Source: a virus
Lineage: Duplodnaviria; Caudoviricetes
Reading direction: 5' to 3' (one strand)
Length of the DNA stretch: 31,253 nucleotides
Virus record (IMG/VR): IMGVR_UViG_3300043932_000191
Coordinates: 1-31,253 of that record
The first letter of the stretch is position 1. The number at the start of each line of letters is the position of its first letter. Below the pieces are notes generated by a model. The model saw nothing but the letters and a program-made list of their open reading frames with translations, was not told the DNA's origin and did not search any database. This document shows, piece after piece, positions 1-8,595 of this stretch. The position numbers and the translations under genes are program-made.

Positions 1-1459
1 TGTTGCCTGCCGGGTCGGTGCGCACGTGGATGTTGTCCACCATCCAGCTCAGGACCGGGTGCCCGCCATGCGCGAGCCTGCCCTCCAATGCGAGTTTCAT
101 CAGTTCCTTCGAGGGCGGGCTCATGTCTTTGAAGCCTTGCCCGAAGGGGACGACTGTGAAGCCCATGCCTTCGAGGTTTTGGCTCATTTGGACAGCACCC
201 CAACGGTCAAACGCAATCTCACGAATACCGAAACGCTCACCAAGCTGTTCGATGAGAGCTTCAATGTGGGCGTAGTGGACGACGTTGCCCTCCGTGGTTT
301 CTAAGTAGCCTTGCTGCTTCCACAGGTCGTAAGGCACGTGATCACGGGCCACGCGAAGTGGCAGGTTGCCTTCGGGGATCCAGAACCACGGCGCGACCCG
401 GTACTTCTCATCCGCCCCGTAGGGCGGAAAGACGAGGACAAACGCCGTAATATCCGTCGTCGAAGCCAAATCGAGGCCGCCGTAACACGGACGTCCTTCT
501 AGCTCGGCTAGGTCGACGGGGTCGTTGTTTTGGTTCCAGACGTGCATGGGCATCCACCGCACTGACTGCTTCACCCACTGGTTCAACCGCAGTTGTCTGA
601 AGGTGTTTTCTTCTGCCGGATTCTGTCGGGCAGAGTTACAGGCGGCTCTGACTTTCTCGATCGGCACCGTCACCCCAAGGCTCGGGTTCGCTTTCGCCCA
701 CACCGCCTCGTCCGTCCAATCATCCTCCAGATCAGCACCGTAAATCACGGGATAGAAAGTCGGGTCATGTTTCTTGCCTGCGAGGATGTCTTGAGCTTTC
801 TGGTGTTGCTCATAGCAAATCGAGTGCGTATCGGTTCCTGCTGTGGTGATTAGGAAATACAGCGGCTGGGTGCGGGCATCACCCGATCCCTTGGTCATGA
901 CGTCAAACAAGGCTCGGTTTGGCTGGGTGTGTAGCTCGTCGAACACGACCCCGGAAATGTTGAACCCGTGCTTGGAGTAAGCCTCAGCAGACAGCACTTG
1001 GTAGAAGCTGTTGGTGGGTTTGTAAATGATCCGCTTTTGCGAGCTCAGGATCTTGACGCGTTTTGATAGGGCTGGTGATTGGCGGATCATGTCTGCCGCG
1101 ACTTCGAACACGATGGAGGCTTGTTGCCGGTCAGCCGCGCACCCGTAGACTTCGGCCGCCTGCTCCCCATCCCCACACGTGAGCAGCAGGGCGATCGCTG
1201 CCGCCAGCTCGGACTTGCCTTGTTTCTTCGGGATCTCGACATAGGCGGTGGTGAACTGGCGGTAGCCGTCAGGTTTGATCGTGCCGAACAAGTCCCGCAC
1301 GATCTGTTCTTGCCAGGCAAGGAGTTTGAAGGGTTTACCGGCCCAGCGTCCCTTGGTGTGGCGTAGGGCTTGGATGAACGCGACAGCGAAGTCTGCCTTT
1401 CGCTGGTCAAAAGTGGAGCCTTCTGCCATAAATCTTGTCGGCTTGTGCGCTTCGACCAT
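1..1459 (-). CDS. terL: Phage terminase large subunit (partial, 3' end outside window; missing from the ORF track)
   Basis: Hand translation from ATG 1459 (RBS AAGGAG): MVEAHKPTRFMAEG...EIPKKQGKSELAA (Walker A)...VVFDELH (Walker B)...LITTAG...GGLDLASTTD...IAFDRWG. The frame is open to the window edge. Confidence 0.96.
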   Translation of the reverse strand, partial: MVEAHKPTRFMAEGSTFDQRKADFAVAFIQALRHTKGRWAGKPFKLLAWQEQIVRDLFGTIKPDGYRQFTTAYVEIPKKQGKSELAAAIALLLTCGDGEQAAEVYGCAADRQQASIVFEVAADMIRQSPALSKRVKILSSQKRIIYKPTNSFYQVLSAEAYSKHGFNISGVVFDELHTQPNRALFDVMTKGSGDARTQPLYFLITTAGTDTHSICYEQHQKAQDILAGKKHDPTFYPVIYGADLEDDWTDEAVWAKANPSLGVTVPIEKVRAACNSARQNPAEENTFRQLRLNQWVKQSVRWMPMHVWNQNNDPVDLAELEGRPCYGGLDLASTTDITAFVLVFPPYGADEKYRVAPWFWIPEGNLPLRVARDHVPYDLWKQQGYLETTEGNVVHYAHIEALIEQLGERFGIREIAFDRWGAVQMSQNLEGMGFTVVPFGQGFKDMSPPSKELMKLALEGRLAHGGHPVLSWMVDNIHVRTDPAGN

Positions 1460-1485
1460 CGTGACAGGCTCCTTTGCGTTGAGAT

Positions 1486-1512
1486 AAGAAAAGCCACCTG
1501 TGAGGGTAGCTC
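1486..1512 (-). terminator. Intrinsic terminator-like hairpin between the small-gene array and terL
   Basis: Minus strand reads GAGCTACC-ctcaca-GGTGGCTT followed by TTCTT. Confidence 0.55.
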
Positions 1513-1559
1513 GGCGACAGCGCGAAACGCGTCATCGTGGGTGGCGCGGTTGTGGACGA

Positions 1560-1754
1560 TTAGATGAGGTTATCTAGGCAGGCATACTCGGCGCGGCGCT
1601 GGCGCAAGTCATGGGCGATGATGCTTGCCCTGAAGCTGTTTTTCGTAGCTGCGAGTTCCTTTTCCAGCTCGATCATTTCGGCCTTGCGTCGTTTCATGAC
1701 TTCCACACTGTTGCCAGCTTTGATGGCTGCCCGGTCCTGTTCGTAGGCGTTCAT
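1560..1754 (-). CDS. Small hypothetical protein (64 aa, MNAYEQDRAAIK...)
   Basis: ATG 1754 lies 2 nt after the TAG of the frame-restored upstream gene. The ORF track fuses the two. Confidence 0.6.
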   Translation of the reverse strand: MNAYEQDRAAIKAGNSVEVMKRRKAEMIELEKELAATKNSFRASIIAHDLRQRRAEYACLDNLI

Positions 1755-1756
1755 GG

Positions 1757-1952
1757 CTACTTGGTTTCGGTTCCGAGTTTGTAGGCGGCTTCGAGCATGG
1801 CCTTCAAACCCCCAGACGGACACTTCGATGAAGTCGTCGGCGTCGCTCATGCGGGTTTCAAGGTCGCCTCGGTTGTCGATTTCCCAAGAATGCTTCTTGG
1901 CGATGTCCAAGAGGGCCTGCTGGGTTGTCTTGCTGGTCTTCGTGGTGGTCAT
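1757..1952 (-). pseudogene. DUF6900-like small protein with a +1 frameshift (real or sequencing error)
   Basis: LETRMSDADDFIEVSVWG continues as LKAMLEAAYKLGTETK* only if one base is removed from GGGGGTTT (1806-1813). The span is 196 nt, i.e. 65 codons + 1. Confidence 0.7.
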
Positions 1953-1985
1953 TTTCCTGGCTCCTTGCTGGTTTGTTTACGTAGT

Positions 1986-2050
1986 TACATACAGCCATAC
2001 CTTTTCGGCTATATCCAGTCGTTTTGCCTAGTCAGAGCCACTATTTTCAA
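1986..2050 (-). promoter_or_regulatory. Repeated promoter-like element, copy 1
   Basis: Minus strand CTGGATA-N11-GTATGGCTGTATGTA, just upstream of the RBS and ATG of gene 1952. Confidence 0.7.
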
Positions 2051-2143
2051 CAAATCTTTCGGGCGATTTGGTGGCCGCTGGAGGGCGTGGCGCGACAGGC
2101 GCAAGCAACCGGGATCCACGCCGTGTCAGCGGCTACCAGGAGG

Positions 2144-2171
2144 CACACAGCCCCGTGAGTGAGGCTGTGTG
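2144..2171 (-). terminator. Stem-loop downstream of gene 2187-2483
   Basis: CACACAGCC-N10-GGCTGTGTG perfect 9-bp stem with no clear U tract. Confidence 0.4.
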
Positions 2172-2186
2172 GCTGGTGGTGAGTGT

Positions 2187-2483
2187 TTAGTTGTTCATGT
2201 GGGTTAAGGCCCAGGCGATGGCGTGCCCGGCGTCCTCGAAAAGATGGTCGGCTTCGGTGACGAGTTCGAGGGCGCATTCGGTGAAGCCGCGCGCGTTAGG
2301 GCCGAACCCGTTGATGGGCTGCTCGGCCAGGCGGTAGACCTGGGCGTTGTTGCCGTAGCCTTCGGCCTTGGTCCAGGTAGCGAAGGTGGCGAGCACGTAG
2401 TTGCCGTGGGCAAGAACTGCGCCGTAGGAATCGACTCGCATCTGTAAGTTTTCGGTGGTGAGTTTCTCGGTCGTGGTGGTCAT
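2187..2483 (-). CDS. Hypothetical protein (98 aa, MTTTTEKLTTENLQMRVDSYG...)
   Basis: ATG 2483 with RBS GGAAGGA, directly downstream of repeat copy 2. Confidence 0.75.
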   Translation of the reverse strand: MTTTTEKLTTENLQMRVDSYGAVLAHGNYVLATFATWTKAEGYGNNAQVYRLAEQPINGFGPNARGFTECALELVTEADHLFEDAGHAIAWALTHMNN

Positions 2484-2516
2484 TTTCTGGTTTCCTTCCC
2501 GGTTGCTTTTGGTATG

Positions 2517-2570
2517 TATATACAGCCATACCTTCCGGGCTATATCCAGTCGTTTTCGGCTTATTTTCAA
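2517..2570 (-). promoter_or_regulatory. Repeated promoter-like element, copy 2
   Basis: Plus strand TATATACAGCCATAC-N11-TATCCAGTCGTTTT; same core as copy 1. Confidence 0.7.
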
Positions 2571-2651
2571 GGCCAAATAGCGATTCTGATGGCTGGGTTT
2601 TATGACGAGGAAAACCCTGCGTTGTGCAGGGCTCTCCGGGTAATTGTGCGC

Positions 2652-2984
2652 TTAGCGTCTGGCGCTGTAGTTCACTAGATCGCCTGCGGTGAGGTGTTGT
2701 AGTTCGCCGACCATCGCTGCTGCCCGGCCGTAGCCTTCGGCAACCTTCTTGATCTCGTCCACGTTGAGCGAGCCGTAAGCGGTTGTTTGGATCGTCCACT
2801 CGCCGGTTTTCCGATCTCGATATAGCGGCGGGGTGTATGGTGCAAGACTCGAGGGCAAGATCTCGATGGAGAGGTTGTCGGCTTCGATGTCAATGAGGAC
2901 GATGATGTAGCCGAGCGTGTTCGCCCGCCCGATTAAGCGCTGCGTGTTTTCCTCTTCCAAGCTTATTTTCGGTGTGGTGTTCAT
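2652..2984 (-). CDS. Hypothetical protein (110 aa, MNTTPKISLEEENTQRL...)
   Basis: ATG 2984 with RBS GAAAGGA, downstream of repeat copy 3. Confidence 0.75.
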   Translation of the reverse strand: MNTTPKISLEEENTQRLIGRANTLGYIIVLIDIEADNLSIEILPSSLAPYTPPLYRDRKTGEWTIQTTAYGSLNVDEIKKVAEGYGRAAAMVGELQHLTAGDLVNYSARR

Positions 2985-3018
2985 GGCTGTGTGTTCCTTT
3001 CCGTGTTGTTTTGGTAGG

Positions 3019-3083
3019 TACATACAGCCATACGTTTCGCCACTTATCCAGTCATATTTGCCCTAGTCAGCCACTATTTTCAA
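3019..3083 (-). promoter_or_regulatory. Repeated promoter-like element, copy 3
   Basis: TACATACAGCCATACGTTTCGCCACTTATCCAGTCATATTTGCCCTAGTCAGCCACTATTTT. Confidence 0.7.
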
Positions 3084-3286
3084 GAGTTATTTCGTTCTGA
3101 TTCTGGCAGGGTTTCCCAGCTGTCTTCGCCCGGTATCAAACCCAATGTCGAGCCGTTATCCCAGGTGACGTGGATGGTGCCCGCGTCATCAATGAACGTT
3201 ACGGTTCCCTCATCGCCAGGATGCAGCCGGGTATAAGGGTCACTTGTGGAGATGAGGCGTACCCGGTCACCCGGCGCGGTGCTCAT
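3080..3286 (-). CDS. DUF4314 family protein
   Basis: GDRVRL...DPY...GDEGTVTFIDDAGTIHVTWDNGSTLGLIPGED signature. Confidence 0.85.
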   Translation of the reverse strand: MSTAPGDRVRLISTSDPYTRLHPGDEGTVTFIDDAGTIHVTWDNGSTLGLIPGEDSWETLPESERNNS

Positions 3287-3930
3287 GGGATAACTGCCTG
3301 TCTGGGGGTGCGCCAGGCGGCGTCCCCGTTAAGGTTTGCCAGCAAAACCCGGCGTAGCCCCTTGTACTCGGGGCCGATGAAGCCGAGGGAAAGCAGAAAA
3401 TAGCGCATCGTGTACTTGTCATTACCCGGCGCGGGTGGCTTGCTGCTCGTCCTGGTAGCTGTTTCGGCTCGCTCGCAAAGCGCGGCGATCAACTCGATGG
3501 CGGCCTCGCGAAGGTCCTGGCTGGGCAGTGTGGTGAACCACGGGAACATGACTGTTTCGCCGTCGAATTCTATGGGCGTGGCGGGGATGTCGAGTGCGCG
3601 AGCAATTAGCGCGCCCTTTGAAGCAAGTAGGGCTTCGAGGTTGGCTCGTGTGCGCTCCGTCCAGCCGGTAGCAGGCATCGTCACGGTCAACCCCACATCG
3701 TCCGCGTCCGCCGCTGTGAAGCCCGCCCGCTGGGCTGCCTCGCGCACCGCCTCAACGTTGGCGCTGTCTGGGAGGTGAAGGGTCCAGTCCCGGTCCAGAG
3801 TGGCGTCGCCGATCTGGTAAGCAAATGATGGCGTCCCCTTATACACCGCATCAACGCCGAGATGATCGGCGATCACGTGGGCGACTTTCTTCCTGCCCGC
3901 CTTGTTAGGGGTGAAGTTGATCGACCTCAT
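3283..3930 (-). CDS. Phage protein of the so-called 'virulence-related protein' family (function unknown)
   Basis: N-terminal YKGTPSFAYQIG and C-terminal NDKYTMRYFLLSLGFIGPEYKGLRRVLLANLNGDAAWR; ATGA-coupled to DUF4314. Confidence 0.75.
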   Translation of the reverse strand: MRSINFTPNKAGRKKVAHVIADHLGVDAVYKGTPSFAYQIGDATLDRDWTLHLPDSANVEAVREAAQRAGFTAADADDVGLTVTMPATGWTERTRANLEALLASKGALIARALDIPATPIEFDGETVMFPWFTTLPSQDLREAAIELIAALCERAETATRTSSKPPAPGNDKYTMRYFLLSLGFIGPEYKGLRRVLLANLNGDAAWRTPRQAVIP

Positions 3931-4022
3931 GCCGTTACCACCTCGCTGATTGTTTCGTTGGTGCCGTGGACGTCGATGCCAGCTTCAGTAAGTTCGTCGA
4001 TCTTGGTGTGCAATTGGCTCAT
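3927..4022 (-). CDS. 31-aa micro-ORF (MSQLHTKIDELTEAGIDVHGTNETISEVVTA)
   Basis: RBS GAAAGGA before ATG 4022, first ORF after repeat copy 4, stop overlaps the next start (ATGA). Confidence 0.55.
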   Translation of the reverse strand: MSQLHTKIDELTEAGIDVHGTNETISEVVTA

Positions 4023-4071
4023 GACCAGTCCTTTCGCTCGTTCCCCAAGGGTGGGGCTGTCTTTGGTCATG

Positions 4072-4133
4072 TACATACAGCCATACGTTTCGCCACTTAT
4101 CCAGCCGTATTTGCCCTAGTCAGCCACTATTTT
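4072..4133 (-). promoter_or_regulatory. Repeated promoter-like element, copy 4
   Basis: Differs from copy 3 at only 2 positions over about 62 nt. Confidence 0.7.
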
Positions 4134-4153
4134 GGGGCTGTTTTGATTGTGGG

Positions 4154-5404
4154 CTAATCACTGGTTCGCTCGACGTCTTTCACCACATCCAGATACGCCA
4201 GTTGCTTGCCGTCGCGCTGGCAGGTGATCCCGGCTGCGTCACCCGTGTGTTCGGCGTAACGACGCAGAATCACCGAGGCATACTTTTCGTCCAACTCCAT
4301 CGCATAGCAGATGCGATCGGTTTCCTCGCAGGCCATCAACGTGGAGCCGGAGCCAGCGAACAAGTCGAGCACGATCGCGTTCGCCTGCGTCGAATTGCGG
4401 ATTGGATAGGCCAACAAATCAAGCGGCTTACTCGTGGGGTGATCGGAGTTCTTCCTGGGCTTGGCGAAGTTCCAGATAGTGGTTTGTTTCCGGTCGGCAT
4501 ACCACTTGTGTTTGCCGCCCTGCTTCCAGCCGAACAACACCGGCTCGTGCTGCCACTGGTACGGGCTTCTACCCAGCACCAGGGAGTCTTTGACCCAAAT
4601 GCAACATCCGGACAGCTTGAACCCAGCATCGGTGAAGGCTTTGCGGAAGTTCAGCCCCTCAGTGTCGGCGTGGAACACATACGCCGACCCGCCCTTCTCG
4701 AGCACTGCATTCATGTTGCTGAACGCTGCAAGAAGGAAATCAAAGAACGCCGCGTCTGACTGCTTATCGCCCTTGATTTTCAAGCCGCCGGAGGATTCAA
4801 AGGCGACGTTGTAGGGCGGGTCAGTCAGCACGAGGTTGGCGGATTTGCCGTCCATGAGCGTGGCGACATCTGACTCGCTCGTGGCATCTGCACACATCAG
4901 CCGGTGTCTGCCCACGCTCCACACGTCCCCACGCTCCACGAAAGACGCAGCCTCGAGGGCAGCACTCAAGTCAAAATCATCGTCAGCCACATTGTCGTCG
5001 TCGAGGGAACCGATCATCGCCTGAATCTCGGCATCATCGAAACCCGTAAGCTCCACATCAAAATCAGACGCGTCCAAGTCAGCGATCAACAAGGCGAGCT
5101 TGGACTCGTCCCAGTCGCCGCTGATTTTGTTGAGTGCCACATTGAGGGCTTTTTCGCGGGTCTCGTCAAGCTCGACGATCACGCAGTCGACGTCGGTGTG
5201 GCCAAGGTCAGCTAGCACCTTCAACCGCTGATGCCCACCCACCACGCGGCCGGTGGTTTGGTTGAAAATGACCGGCTCCACATAGCCGAACTCGGTGAGC
5301 GAGCGCTTGAGCTTCTCGTACTCGGGGTCGCCAGGTTGGAGGTCTTTACGCGGGTTGTAGTCAGCGGGTTTCAGCGATGTGATCGGCAAACTCTTGATCA
5401 GCAC
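4154..5404 (-). CDS. ParB-like domain fused to an N6-adenine/N4-cytosine DNA methyltransferase (beta class)
   Basis: GTG 5404 after AAGGAGG. ParB part: YNPRK...GGHQRLKVL. MTase part: TDPPYN, HPTSKP, DLFAGSGSTL. Confidence 0.92.
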   Translation of the reverse strand: MLIKSLPITSLKPADYNPRKDLQPGDPEYEKLKRSLTEFGYVEPVIFNQTTGRVVGGHQRLKVLADLGHTDVDCVIVELDETREKALNVALNKISGDWDESKLALLIADLDASDFDVELTGFDDAEIQAMIGSLDDDNVADDDFDLSAALEAASFVERGDVWSVGRHRLMCADATSESDVATLMDGKSANLVLTDPPYNVAFESSGGLKIKGDKQSDAAFFDFLLAAFSNMNAVLEKGGSAYVFHADTEGLNFRKAFTDAGFKLSGCCIWVKDSLVLGRSPYQWQHEPVLFGWKQGGKHKWYADRKQTTIWNFAKPRKNSDHPTSKPLDLLAYPIRNSTQANAIVLDLFAGSGSTLMACEETDRICYAMELDEKYASVILRRYAEHTGDAAGITCQRDGKQLAYLDVVKDVERTSD

Positions 5405-6566
5405 AAGCCTGCACCTCCTTGAGCAGCGAGTCGAAATACGTATTGGTGTTTTCCCATGTGTGGCCTGGTCGGCCCATGTGACCGTAGGTCGCCAAACCTG
5501 CATAGATCGGTGCGCGAAGCCCAAGAGTGTCGATCATGGCTGCCGGTCGAAGTGGAAACACCGCGCGCGCAGCCTCGATGAGCAGCCAGTCGGGGTGCTG
5601 GCCAGAACCGAACGTGTCCACGTGGAACGCGACAGGATCGGCCTTCCCAATCGCATACGAAATGCTCACTTGGCATTCCTCGGCAAGGTTGGCGTCCACG
5701 ATCGTTTTGGCGATCAGGCGAGCCATGTAGGCTCCGGTGCGGTCGACCTTGGATGGGTCTTTCCCGGAGAACGCCCCTCCGCCATGCGGGCCAAGCCCAC
5801 CATAGGTGTCAACCATGAGCTTCCTGCCCGTCAAACCGGTATCAGCGTTGGGCCCGCCGGTCACGAACCTGCCGGACGGATTCACCAACACGCGCGTTGG
5901 CGTCACGCCCGGCAGATGCGCCTCGACCACCGGAGCAACCACGAGAGCCTTGATTTCACGCTCCAGCAGCTCAGGGTTCTCGTGCTCGTCGTGCTGAACC
6001 GAGACCACGATCGCTTCGATTCCTGCGGGGATGCCGATCTGGTCATACGCAATGCTGACCTGCGCCTTCCCGTCCGAGTAAATACCCGTGATCCTGCCTT
6101 GCGTGCGGGCGGTATCGAGCCTTTCGCAGATGTCGTGTGCAAGCACGAGCGGCAGCGGCAGGCGCTCAGGGGTTTCGTTGGTGGCATACCCGTAAACGGT
6201 GCCTTGATCACCAGCACCCAGACGCGCATCCGCAGCATCGCTGCCCTGGCGCACCTCAAGTGAGGTATTCACGCCCGCATCAATATCTGGCGACTGGCGG
6301 CGCACCCACACATAGATCAAAAACCAGTTCGGGTTATAGCCCCCACGCCGCAGCGCTGCCCGCACCGACGCGCGAATCCGGATTCTTGCCGTGGCGGTGA
6401 TCTCGCCACTCACGATGATCTTGCTTCCGGTGGCCATGACTTCCACCGCTACACGAGCACTCGGATCGACTACCAGAATGTCGTCGAGAATCGTCTCGGC
6501 GATCAGGTCGCAGAGTTTGTCTGGATGGCCGATACACACAGATTCAGCCGTTCGAACTACAGACAC
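5361..6566 (-). CDS. metK: S-adenosylmethionine synthetase
   Basis: ESVCIGHPDKLCD, GAGDQG, GRFVTGGPNADTGLTGRK, GGGAFSGKDPSKVDR; GTG 6566 after GAAAGGAG. Confidence 0.95.
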   Translation of the reverse strand: MSVVRTAESVCIGHPDKLCDLIAETILDDILVVDPSARVAVEVMATGSKIIVSGEITATARIRIRASVRAALRRGGYNPNWFLIYVWVRRQSPDIDAGVNTSLEVRQGSDAADARLGAGDQGTVYGYATNETPERLPLPLVLAHDICERLDTARTQGRITGIYSDGKAQVSIAYDQIGIPAGIEAIVVSVQHDEHENPELLEREIKALVVAPVVEAHLPGVTPTRVLVNPSGRFVTGGPNADTGLTGRKLMVDTYGGLGPHGGGAFSGKDPSKVDRTGAYMARLIAKTIVDANLAEECQVSISYAIGKADPVAFHVDTFGSGQHPDWLLIEAARAVFPLRPAAMIDTLGLRAPIYAGLATYGHMGRPGHTWENTNTYFDSLLKEVQACADQEFADHIAETR

Positions 6567-6596
6567 GCGGGCTCCTTTCAAGAAGCACTGGAACAT

Positions 6597-6626
6597 GAAG
6601 AAGGCTCACCCTCGTCGGGACAAGCC
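6597..6626 (-). terminator. Terminator-like hairpin between terS and metK
   Basis: Minus strand GGCTTGTCC-cgacga-GGGTGAGCC followed by TTCTTC. Confidence 0.45.
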
Positions 6627-6645
6627 AAGAAGGAATCGAAAGATG

Positions 6646-7221
6646 TTATGAGCGGGCTTTCAACAGCTGCTCCATGACCTCATCGCCCGGTGTGCTACCG
6701 GAATAGTCAGTGGTGCAAGTGGCACGCACGATGTCGAAAATCTCGTACCAATACACGTTCGCCTGCTTCCCAAACGACTGGGACATAGCCACAAAAGGGC
6801 TGGCGATCGCCGCGCCCGTTGTCGGGTGCTTACCGAGCAGACCGAACTTCGAGATCGCCTGCTCACACTGCACATACCGAGCAAACGCCTGCGCATACAG
6901 CTCAATCAGACGCTTCGAAACAAACTCCGTACAACCACGCGCATCCAACCACTCCCAGGTTTCCTTGTAGACCAGATCAGCACCCAGTGGTTTACCGTCA
7001 CGCTGCTCCGCGCTTAGGTAATCGTCTGGTTCTGGCATCGGCTCACCACCCAGCACCGCGCCGTCCCCGATATCGGTGCCATCCAGATCGAATACGTCAA
7101 ACTCCGGTGGTGTGGTGAGCCGGGTTGCGGGGCGTCCGGCGGCGAGTTTCTCGTTCAACGGGTCAGGTTTTGCGCCTGCACGGACGCGACGTCCGCCACG
7201 GTTGGTGCCGTCTTTGGCCAT
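6646..7221 (-). CDS. terS: Phage terminase small subunit (P27-like)
   Basis: MAKDGTNRGGRRVRAG...YAQAFARYVQCEQAISKFGLLGKHPTTG...SPFV; lies downstream of HNH. Confidence 0.85.
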   Translation of the reverse strand: MAKDGTNRGGRRVRAGAKPDPLNEKLAAGRPATRLTTPPEFDVFDLDGTDIGDGAVLGGEPMPEPDDYLSAEQRDGKPLGADLVYKETWEWLDARGCTEFVSKRLIELYAQAFARYVQCEQAISKFGLLGKHPTTGAAIASPFVAMSQSFGKQANVYWYEIFDIVRATCTTDYSGSTPGDEVMEQLLKARS

Positions 7222-7388
7222 CGTTTCCTCTTTTACGCTTGTTTTTGGGGGTCGCGTCGGGTGCCGGAAGCAGTAACGGAGATGTCGGAACATCTTGATA
7301 CGTTTAAGAATGGATGCATCGCAGACAGGGCATGCTGCTCTCGTGCGATACCCCCATCGTCACGTACCTAACTAAGAGAAAGACACCC

Positions 7389-8348
7389 ATGCCCCAGTCT
7401 GAAACCAATCTTGTAAATGTTTATTTTGAATCGATCAAACCAGAACTAGCTGAATTCATTAGCAGCTCATCGCCACTCCCAGAGTTTCTGATGATCTGCA
7501 TCAATCTGGCCACCGAGATCGCTGAAGATCCGAGCAAAACAAACCTTGTGATTACCGGTGATTTTGTGGAATCAACAAAAACAAGGTTGGGCGACACCGA
7601 AGCGGCGAAGTCCTATGATCTTTTGCGAGGCATTGGTGTCGTCGGAGGGAAGACGATTCAAGATGGCGACACCATGACAGTTCTTCTTCACGCAGACATA
7701 TTCGAGCTTGCGCTTGATTACCAAACAAATCCTGACCCTGCTGTCGTATTCTTACGCACCATCGCTCACGAGATGAACCACGTCTCCATGTACCAACGTG
7801 GTGAATCTGGTGCTCCGCCTCTAGACGGTAGCTGGAAAGCTACAAATCTCATCTCATCAGCTGCGGCAATTATCGACGAATATCGAGCAGAACTTGGCTC
7901 GCTGCGTCTTATCGACCCGCAAGAAGCCGACTGGAACCCTTCCGAAAGCGTTATTTGGCTAGAAGATTCCCTCATTCGAGTCGTGACTGAGTACCAGGAA
8001 CACCTAGATGTCGGAAAACTTGTATTCGATGTTGGCTCCCAGACGCTGATAGCTCTCAAACAACTGGCCTACTGTGCAGCCTACGAGAGATATTCCGGCA
8101 AGAAGCGACCACTCGATTTAAGCAGATTGCGATACGCAAATACCCAAGCCAATTTTCCGCAATGGTGGAATGATTTCCGTGAAGCATTGGACTCTCTCCC
8201 CTCAGGAGAAAACAGCCTAAGCCAAGATGCTGAGCAGAAAGCTCGGTTGCACGTATCAAACCTTCTCGATACGCATCTTCGTATAACTGGCTTTGACTGG
8301 GACGAGCCAATGTTCACGATCCGGCACGATTTTTTACATCTTCTCTAA
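7389..8348 (+). CDS. Moron: putative zinc metallopeptidase-like protein (HEXXH), 319 aa
   Basis: Opposite strand and visibly lower GC than its neighbours; IAHEMNHV plus downstream DEYRAE as a possible third ligand. Confidence 0.7.
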   Translation: MPQSETNLVNVYFESIKPELAEFISSSSPLPEFLMICINLATEIAEDPSKTNLVITGDFVESTKTRLGDTEAAKSYDLLRGIGVVGGKTIQDGDTMTVLLHADIFELALDYQTNPDPAVVFLRTIAHEMNHVSMYQRGESGAPPLDGSWKATNLISSAAAIIDEYRAELGSLRLIDPQEADWNPSESVIWLEDSLIRVVTEYQEHLDVGKLVFDVGSQTLIALKQLAYCAAYERYSGKKRPLDLSRLRYANTQANFPQWWNDFREALDSLPSGENSLSQDAEQKARLHVSNLLDTHLRITGFDWDEPMFTIRHDFLHLL

Positions 8349-8394
8349 GATCCCTCAGCCAACCTACAGGACCGGTTCGGGATCGTCTTCCTGC

Positions 8395-8500
8395 CGCGGT
8401 CAATACCTTGTTTGATTCGGTGACTTTGTGCGCGGTTGGCCCCGCCCGCTGACCTGTCCGAAGTCCGTAGAGATCGAGAGGCCCCGACCCCCTCGCCAGC
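8395..8500 (-). other. Candidate cos / packaging initiation region
   Basis: Non-coding stretch between HNH and terS, where cos phages using HNH-assisted cleavage place cos. The cut site cannot be determined from sequence. Confidence 0.35.
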
Positions 8501-8595
8501 ACCGCGACGTTGCCCAATGTCCGCCGAACAGCGTCGAGGTCGGCAATCTGAGGTTCCATGGTCTCGGCGCGACAGCGGGCGACGTGGCGAAGATT

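Noticed and set aside
1986-4133. Repeats as a CRISPR array
   Set aside because: Spacing is about 500-1050 bp with whole genes between copies, and there is no cas operon. DUF2800 is a phage recombination nuclease.
6567-6645. SAM riboswitch upstream of metK
   Set aside because: Only 79 nt with one simple hairpin; I could not recognise any SAM riboswitch consensus.
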